A stretch of 11,800 bases of DNA, taken from Pseudomonadota bacterium. GTDB taxonomy: Bacteria; Bdellovibrionota; Bdellovibrionia; Bdellovibrionales; SG-bin7. A program made the translations under genes and the position numbers. Shown one piece after another: positions 1 to 5,295 of this stretch. Numbering within the stretch: position 1 is the first letter of the stretch; each line of letters opens with the position of its first letter. The notes under the pieces are model-generated. The model was not told the origin of the DNA, searched no databases, and saw only the letters and a list, made by a program, of their open reading frames with translations. Location of the stretch: positions 1 through 11,800 of the forward strand of contig JAWXAY010000106.1 of assembly GCA_034439715.1 (NCBI GenBank). The letters run 5' to 3'.

Positions 1-1
1 G

Positions 2-1093
2 CTTAACAAACTTCAAAAGTATGACTCCCAAAAAGTAAAAAACCCAGAAAAAATATCAGAAGAGCTGTCTCCTGAAGAGATTGAACTCTGGAAAAAATTT
101 GAGTCCATAAATGGGACTCGCAAATTTATCGAGGCCTCGCGTGCGGGTCGCCTAAGGTTTCAGTTAGGTCAGAGGGACCGAATTGAGCTAGGTGTTTTTT
201 ACAGTGGCAGATATTTAAAAAAAATGGAGCAAATTTTTCGTGACGAGGGGCTACCCGTTGAGCTCACTCGGCTACCTTTTGTAGAAAGCTCATTTAATAT
301 TTATGCGCGCTCTAAAGTGGGCGCTAGTGGAATTTGGCAGTTTGTACCTCGAACGGGTCGTGCTTATATGAAAATAAATAATTTTATTGACGAGAGAAAC
401 GATCCGCTCATTGCGACAAAGGCTTCAGCAAAATTACTGAAACAAAATTTTAATCTGTTAAAGTCATGGCCCTTAGCTGTCACGGGGTACAATCATGGCG
501 CCTTTGGGGTTAGAGGATTGACAAAAAAATTAAAAACAGAAAACCTCAATGAAATTATTGAAAGAGCTTCAAGCCGCCGCTTCGGTTTTGCGGGAGAAAA
601 TTTTTATTCAAGTTTCATGGCTATTTTACATGTGGAGAGCAATGCCGATAAATACTTTGGAAGTATCAAGCGAAGTTCTGAGTTAAAATTTGAGAAGATT
701 CCGCTGCCTACGTCCGTTCTGTGGGATACGGTTCTTACTTGGTTTGAAGGCGACGTGGATAAGGCAAAAATGTACAATCCCCATATTAATCTTCGGAAGG
801 GGAGGAGTGCGATAAGAATTCCTACAGGAGTCAGTATTCATCTTCCGCCAGAAAAAGCCCCCGAAATAGTGATTTGGCTAGAGGAGCAAAAGAAGAAACC
901 TCAATCTTCAGTAGTGGTTGCCAATAACGATTCGCCGTCGGAAAAGGGCGGCGAATATTATGTGCGAAAAGGCGATACTCTGAGTCACATTGCTCGACAT
1001 TTGAGGGTGACTATCAAAGACTTAATGGAAGCCAACGACCTATCGTCGGCTAATAAAATCAAGCCGGGGTTAAAGCTCGTGGTACCAGATTAG
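2..1093 (+). CDS. MltD-like lytic transglycosylase (SLT domain + C-terminal LysM), 5'-truncated by the window edge
   Basis: The frame of ORF 224..1093 stays open back to position 2 (LNKLQKYD...RLRFQLGQRDRIELGVFYSGRYLKKM), so the true start lies upstream of the window. SLT motifs: LPFVESSF (catalytic Glu-Ser), GASGIWQF, GYNHG. LysM at about 956-1087 (YYVRKGDTLSHIA...LMEANDL...IKPGLKLVVP). Confidence 0.9.
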   Translation, partial: LNKLQKYDSQKVKNPEKISEELSPEEIELWKKFESINGTRKFIEASRAGRLRFQLGQRDRIELGVFYSGRYLKKMEQIFRDEGLPVELTRLPFVESSFNIYARSKVGASGIWQFVPRTGRAYMKINNFIDERNDPLIATKASAKLLKQNFNLLKSWPLAVTGYNHGAFGVRGLTKKLKTENLNEIIERASSRRFGFAGENFYSSFMAILHVESNADKYFGSIKRSSELKFEKIPLPTSVLWDTVLTWFEGDVDKAKMYNPHINLRKGRSAIRIPTGVSIHLPPEKAPEIVIWLEEQKKKPQSSVVVANNDSPSEKGGEYYVRKGDTLSHIARHLRVTIKDLMEANDLSSANKIKPGLKLVVPD

Positions 1094-1103
1094 TTTATTG
1101 CAC

Positions 1104-1667
1104 TTACTGAATATTTTGAACTTGAGCGATAAAGGGCAAATTTCGATAGTAGCCCTGATAATCCAAGCCGTAGCCCACGACAAATTCATTGGCGATTTCA
1201 AAACCTACATGATCGAGCTTAAGAGGCATTTGCACGGCTTCAGGTTTGTGAAGGAGCGCGATGGTCGAAATCGACTTTGGCTTACGAGCCTGTAACATTT
1301 GTACCAAGTAATTCATGGTTAGGCCCGTGTCCACAATGTCTTCGACTAAGAGAACGTGTTTGTCCTCAACAGGTGTTGAAAGATCCAAGGTCACTTTGAT
1401 TTCACCCGAAGATTTCATCGCATTATTGTAAGAAGAAACTCCTAAAAACTCGCAGGTTACGTCAGTATCGATATGTCGAATAAGGTCAGCAAAAAACATG
1501 ACTGAGCCCTTGAGTACGCAAATTGCGACAAGCGGTTTATCTTTAAACTTTTTGGTGAGCTCGGCACCAAGAGAAGCAACGCGCTTATTAATTTCATCTT
1601 CTGCGATGAGCGTACTTAATTTTAAAGTTTCCATGCCCCACTTATTTTTTTTCATCTGATCTTTCAC
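1104..1667 (-). CDS. hpt: Hypoxanthine(-guanine) phosphoribosyltransferase
   Basis: Motifs ICVLKGS, VSSY (flexible loop), VLLVEDIVDTGLT (PRPP-binding), FVVGYGLDY and YRNLPFI. The GTG start at 1667 overlaps the upstream gene's TGA (GTGA). Alternative in-frame ATG starts lie at 1655 and 1634. Confidence 0.95.
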   Translation of the reverse strand: MKDQMKKNKWGMETLKLSTLIAEDEINKRVASLGAELTKKFKDKPLVAICVLKGSVMFFADLIRHIDTDVTCEFLGVSSYNNAMKSSGEIKVTLDLSTPVEDKHVLLVEDIVDTGLTMNYLVQMLQARKPKSISTIALLHKPEAVQMPLKLDHVGFEIANEFVVGYGLDYQGYYRNLPFIAQVQNIQ

Positions 1668-2470
1668 ACGAACGAGTTATTCATAATTTCGCCAAATCCG
1701 CCGCCACCGGGAACGATGTACTGATTATCATTTAAACCGCGCTCTTCATTCCAAAAGGTACCCGGTACGGAATTTAAAACTTTATCAGAAGAAAGGCCTC
1801 GGTCAACTCGGAATGCATAAATATCTAAGTTGGGGGCTACCGCAAGTGCTTGTTTTAGGTATTCAGGTGTAACGATGAGATGCAAAGCTAAAAATCGCGT
1901 GGCAGCGCCTGCAATCTTAGTTTGGTAGTAATCAATAATTGTTTTAATGGTGCTACCTGTGGCGCCCATTGGGTCCGGAAAAATCACTAGACTTTGTTCT
2001 TTGTCGCCACCTATCTTTGCTCCTGCTATGTGAGAGCCTGTAACCTGATGATCTTGGTCGGTGGTACGTGAAATATGCACATGATCTTGCCGAACGTTCT
2101 GAGGATTCACGAGCTGGTTTAACATATCATAGCAAACCTGACTGGGAAGTTGCCCGGCACGGGCAAGACTCACGGTAATAATTCTTTGTTCTGGCGAAAA
2201 AACCTTACCTCGATACATTTTATTAGGATGAAGCTCGGTCATACGCGTGGGAACTTCTACCTCAATTAAATTAAGTTCTCGATTCACTACTTTTCGTAGT
2301 AGTGAGCCATATAGCAGATGGACCAGCTGGTTGACCCTGGGCTGAATCGTTTTAGGCGAGCAAAGCTCACAGAGGAGCGTGGTCGCAAAGGGGTCATTTA
2401 AAATATGTATACGGGGGCCATACTTATGAGGAATTTCGTTTAGTAAAAATTCGTTAGACATGCTGGCCAC
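1664..2470 (-). CDS. upp: Uracil phosphoribosyltransferase family protein (divergent, 268 aa)
   Basis: SLARAG corresponds to canonical PILRAG, DPMGATGST to DPMLATGGS, and GLNDNQYIVPGGGGFGE to LN..GYIVPGLGDAGD. The start is GTG at 2470, directly abutting the upstream stop, or ATG at 2461. Confidence 0.8.
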   Translation of the reverse strand: MASMSNEFLLNEIPHKYGPRIHILNDPFATTLLCELCSPKTIQPRVNQLVHLLYGSLLRKVVNRELNLIEVEVPTRMTELHPNKMYRGKVFSPEQRIITVSLARAGQLPSQVCYDMLNQLVNPQNVRQDHVHISRTTDQDHQVTGSHIAGAKIGGDKEQSLVIFPDPMGATGSTIKTIIDYYQTKIAGAATRFLALHLIVTPEYLKQALAVAPNLDIYAFRVDRGLSSDKVLNSVPGTFWNEERGLNDNQYIVPGGGGFGEIMNNSFV

Positions 2471-3418
2471 TTATTTAGAAAGAATTAGTATTACGAACTC
2501 TGACTCAGATTCTTTAAAGCGCGGGGAAAGCAAAATTTCGAAGGGTCCGCCTGTTAAGGGATAGTCCTCTCCCCCAGCCTTTCTGGATATTCCACCCGTT
2601 AGAAATAAACCACCCTTTAGGGGTATCTTTACCGAATCAGTGAGGCCCTGCGGCTCTACTGAAGCGATTTTTCGATCTGCAATAATTGGAATTTGTGACG
2701 AATATGAAAATTGAACTGCATTTTGACCTTCACTAGGCTCACCCATTTGTAACAATAAGTGCAGACCTAAATCTTGATCGTCTCCTCGAAAGTTACGGAG
2801 GCCCTTAAAAATTTCCCAGGGTTCCCCACTTTTTATAGTTTTGGACTCTTTTAACAATTCACGCACACCCTTTAGGTTTTTTAAAAATTCTTCTGAATTA
2901 TTGACCATTCCACCGTGCATAGTGCCGTCAGCAAAGCCTTCAAGAGGGGCAAAGTGTTCGTCGTAGGTATTTCTGGGTACCTCTAAAAAAATAATCTGCC
3001 ATGAGTTTGATGTTTTAGAACCTGAGCTTCCAGCTGTGGCACTTTCGGCAAAACTCTCTGCCTTTTTAATAGGAGCCGCAGTTTCGTTTAGTTTGGCTGC
3101 GCGAAGTTCACGTACTTTTTCGCCTGAATTTTTACCTGGACTATCGCTCGGCCCGTTAATATCGGGGGCGTTTTTTTCAGAATTATCCCAGGTAGAAAAA
3201 GTCTGGCTCTCATAATCTTTTGACTTGAACGTCTGTTGAATAAAAACAATACCGACTGCGATGACCAAAATAAAAGCAACAGTTCGGGCGCCAGGACTTT
3301 TGAGCAGTTTTTGGTGCATAGGAATAGCTTTGGGAACGAACTTTTGCATGTTCACTCCGCACTTAGCGCAGAACTGGTCTGGTGGTTGGGTAAACCCACA
3401 TTTCGGGCAATTAATCAT
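2471..3418 (-). CDS. Hypothetical membrane-anchored protein: N-terminal CxxC-x9-CxxC zinc ribbon, one TM helix, low-complexity linker, and a beta-rich C-terminal domain with possible secretin-like motif order
   Basis: CPKCGFTQPPDQFCAKC at aa 4-20; hydrophobic TVAFILVIAVGIVFI at aa 46-60; S/G/A/K-rich linker at about aa 70-139. It is a 315-aa ORF with a promoter-like element upstream and a zero-nt gap to upp. Confidence 0.8.
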   Translation of the reverse strand: MINCPKCGFTQPPDQFCAKCGVNMQKFVPKAIPMHQKLLKSPGARTVAFILVIAVGIVFIQQTFKSKDYESQTFSTWDNSEKNAPDINGPSDSPGKNSGEKVRELRAAKLNETAAPIKKAESFAESATAGSSGSKTSNSWQIIFLEVPRNTYDEHFAPLEGFADGTMHGGMVNNSEEFLKNLKGVRELLKESKTIKSGEPWEIFKGLRNFRGDDQDLGLHLLLQMGEPSEGQNAVQFSYSSQIPIIADRKIASVEPQGLTDSVKIPLKGGLFLTGGISRKAGGEDYPLTGGPFEILLSPRFKESESEFVILILSK

Positions 3419-3440
3419 TTTTCATAAATTCCCTGAATTG

Positions 3441-3469
3441 ACTATAACATATATGACTCCGCATCCCAA
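3441..3469 (-). promoter_or_regulatory. Putative sigma70 promoter of the zinc-ribbon/upp/hpt operon
   Basis: The minus strand reads TTGGGA (3469-3464), a 17-nt spacer, then TATAGT (3446-3441) with an extended -10 TG (TGtTATAGT). An AGGGA SD-like sequence at 3434-3430 precedes the ATG at 3418. Confidence 0.55.
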
Positions 3470-3506
3470 AAAAAGGATTAATAATTTATGCATCGTATTA
3501 TTTGAT

Positions 3507-3543
3507 GTGGTAGAAAGTGGTAAAAAATGGAGAATAGTGGTAG
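3507..3543 (+). promoter_or_regulatory. MraZ operator-like direct repeats (four units, exact 10-bp period)
   Basis: GTGGTAG (3507), GTGGTAA (3517), ATGGAGA (3527) and GTGGTAG (3537) lie upstream of mraZ. MraZ proteins are known to bind GTGG/TGGG repeats at 10-bp spacing upstream of their own gene. Confidence 0.8.
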
Positions 3544-3546
3544 ATT
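3518..3546 (+). promoter_or_regulatory. Possible extended -10 promoter for mraZ/dcw, overlapping the MraZ boxes
   Basis: TG-g-TAGATT at 3538-3546, with a weak -35-like TGGTAA at 3518-3523 (17-nt spacer). Overlap with the repeats would fit autorepression. Confidence 0.35.
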
Positions 3547-3586
3547 TATCACATAGGGAATAGTTTAATTAGTTAAGTCACTGTTG

Positions 3587-3609
3587 AAGCCCATGGATGG
3601 GCTTTTTTT
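3587..3609 (+). terminator. Intrinsic terminator-like hairpin with U-tract in the mraZ 5' leader
   Basis: Perfect 7-bp stem AAGCCCA-TGGA-TGGGCTT (3587-3604) running into T7 (3603-3609), 11 nt before the mraZ ATG. Confidence 0.6.
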
Positions 3610-3620
3610 AGAAGGCTAGG

Positions 3621-4091
3621 ATGGCAGAACTCAAATTTCGCGGACGCTTTGATGCCAAAATTGATGAAAAAGGGAGACTTTTATTACCGCTCGCGCTGCG
3701 TGAGGTCTTAAACGAATTTCCCCTGGTAGTAACAAATAACCAATCTAAAAAGGCGCGCTTTCTTGATGGCTATTCTTTTCCGTATTGGCAACAGCTTGAA
3801 AATCGCATTGATGGCTTATCTCCTTTGAAACTTGAGGTGCAGGCCTTTCAAAGATTTTATCTCGCGAATGCACAAGTTCTGTCGCCTGACGCACAAAACC
3901 GCATATTGCTACCTAAGAACCTTCGCGAGTTTGGTCAATTGGGTTCAGATGTCGTAATTATAGGTATGAGCGAGAAAATAGAAATATGGGAACAAAAGAC
4001 ATGGACCAAGCTCTATCAAGATTTGGCCAACTCATTTGAGGATACCGTTGCGCTGGTGGCCGACCTTGAACAGCAAAGGGATAAAAAGTGA
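3621..4091 (+). CDS. mraZ: Division/cell wall cluster transcriptional regulator MraZ
   Basis: Two SpoVT/AbrB-type repeats (FRGRFDAKIDEKGRLLLP and DAQNRILLP) plus VVIIGMSEKIEIW. It is the first gene before rsmH and is 156 aa. Confidence 0.95.
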   Translation: MAELKFRGRFDAKIDEKGRLLLPLALREVLNEFPLVVTNNQSKKARFLDGYSFPYWQQLENRIDGLSPLKLEVQAFQRFYLANAQVLSPDAQNRILLPKNLREFGQLGSDVVIIGMSEKIEIWEQKTWTKLYQDLANSFEDTVALVADLEQQRDKK

Positions 4092-5023
4092 GCCACAAGC
4101 CAGTCATGATCAAAGAAGTCATTGATTTGTTCTGTGAAAGAATCCCTCCCACAAAAAAATTCTTAGATGCCACCTTTGGTCGAGGTGGTCACACTCGCGC
4201 CCTTCTTGAACATATTCCCGATTGTAAAGTCTGGGCTTTAGACCAGGACATAGAAGCGGTTCGTTTTGGTGAAGTCGAGTTTTCAGAATATATTTCTCAA
4301 GGGCGTCTAAAAATAATTCAAAGTAATTTTACCGACTTTGAAGAAAAGTGTGAGCAAAGAGTGTTTGACGGAATTTTACTCGATCTCGGTGTCAGCTCGC
4401 CGCAGTTGGATGTCGCTACCCGTGGCTTTAGTTTTTACCATGAGGGGCCATTGGACATGCGAATGGATCAATCACAGGGCATCACTGCACAAGATATTGT
4501 TAACGGTTGGTCAGAGAGAGATTTAAGCGCTTTGTTTAGGGAGTTGGGAGAAATTAGTAACCCTGACCGAGTTGTTAGAGCAATTGTATCAGACCGCAAG
4601 AAAAAAAAGTTTACGACCACCCGAGAGTTGGCGGGCATGGTTGAGCGTCTTTGTGGCTGGAGAAAAAAAGGCCATCATCCCGCCACTAATTTTTTTCTGG
4701 CCTTAAGGCTAAGTGTAAATGGTGAACTGGATGTGATCGTCGAGGCGCTTCCCAAGATGGTAAGAGCGCTCAGCGAAAATGGCAGACTCATAGTTCTTAC
4801 CTTCCACTCTCTCGAAGATCGCATTGTTAAAAATATCTTTAAGGGGAGTTTAGAGTTAGGGCGCCTTATTAATAAAAAAGTTATTGTTCCGTCAAGAGAT
4901 GAGATATTATCGAATCCAAGAAGCCGAAGCGCAAAACTTCGTGCTTTCGAAAAGGGCCATAAGGTGGGCGATAAGGTGGGCCAAAAAATGGGAGAGTCGC
5001 ATGAATCAGCAAGTACAAATTAA
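4088..5023 (+). CDS. rsmH: 16S rRNA m4C1402 methyltransferase RsmH (MraW)
   Basis: Motifs HKPVM, DATFGRGGHT, LDLGVSSPQLD, RGFSF, PLDMRM, HPAT, TFHSLEDRIVK and NPRSRSAKLR. The GTG start overlaps the mraZ stop (GTGA). Confidence 0.97.
   Translation: MSHKPVMIKEVIDLFCERIPPTKKFLDATFGRGGHTRALLEHIPDCKVWALDQDIEAVRFGEVEFSEYISQGRLKIIQSNFTDFEEKCEQRVFDGILLDLGVSSPQLDVATRGFSFYHEGPLDMRMDQSQGITAQDIVNGWSERDLSALFRELGEISNPDRVVRAIVSDRKKKKFTTTRELAGMVERLCGWRKKGHHPATNFFLALRLSVNGELDVIVEALPKMVRALSENGRLIVLTFHSLEDRIVKNIFKGSLELGRLINKKVIVPSRDEILSNPRSRSAKLRAFEKGHKVGDKVGQKMGESHESASTN
4958..4993 (+). repeat. Three tandem 12-bp units in the rsmH 3' end, just upstream of the ftsL start
   Basis: CATAAGGTGGGC / GATAAGGTGGGC / CAAAAAATGGGA, encoding HKVG-DKVG-QKMG in RsmH. 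Confidence 0.7.
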
Positions 5024-5294
5024 ACCCTTTATCAGTATAGTCATTATAGTGGTCTCTATGTTTTTTCTGGTTTTTATTAAAATGGAAGTCAGGCGCCTTA
5101 GCTATTCAGTTCTTCACTGGTCACTGAAGGAAAAACTATTAAAAGATAAATATCGTTACAAAACAGTCGAGCTAGCTCAGATAATGCGAACTGAGCGAAT
5201 AAAAAATTATGCGGAAGTGCATTTGGCACTTAACGAGCCACAAAAGGGTCAAATCATTCACTTTACAGGCAATCGGATTGCCATAAAACAATAG
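5001..5294 (+). CDS. ftsL: FtsL-like cell division protein (97 aa; start revised from 4884 to 5001)
   Basis: It sits between rsmH and ftsI. It has a short N-terminus, one TM segment (FISIVIIVVSMFFLVFI), a leucine-rich coiled coil and an ERIKNYAEVHLAL-x-x-P motif resembling FtsL. A GGAG SD at 4991-4994 precedes ATG 5001. Confidence 0.75.
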   Translation: MNQQVQIKPFISIVIIVVSMFFLVFIKMEVRRLSYSVLHWSLKEKLLKDKYRYKTVELAQIMRTERIKNYAEVHLALNEPQKGQIIHFTGNRIAIKQ

Positions 5295-5295
5295 A

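Noticed and set aside
224..226. ATG 224 as the start of the lytic transglycosylase
   Set aside because: The frame is open to the window edge and encodes plausible family sequence upstream, so the gene is 5'-truncated.
1098..1295. 65-aa + strand ORF
   Set aside because: Antisense shadow of hpt with no recognisable motifs.
3438..3443. TTGACT as a -35 for mraZ
   Set aside because: No -10-like hexamer 16-18 nt downstream (GCATCC). The sequence is better explained as overlapping the minus-strand -10.
3507..3543. GTGG repeats as a CRISPR remnant
   Set aside because: The units are only 10 bp, with no spacers or cas genes. An MraZ operator explains them.
3088..3563. Short ORFs 3088..3279(-), 3236..3427(+) and 3261..3563(+)
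   Set aside because: They overlap the zinc-ribbon gene or the promoter/operator region and show no motifs or SD. 3261..3563 ends before the 3587 hairpin but is mostly antisense to a better-supported gene.
3958..4526. ORFs 3958..4173(-) and 4338..4526(+)
   Set aside because: Alternative-frame or antisense shadows of mraZ and rsmH.
4884..5000. N-terminal 39-aa extension of the ftsL-like ORF
   Set aside because: It overlaps conserved rsmH coding sequence. ATG 5001 has a GGAG SD and gives a typical FtsL length.
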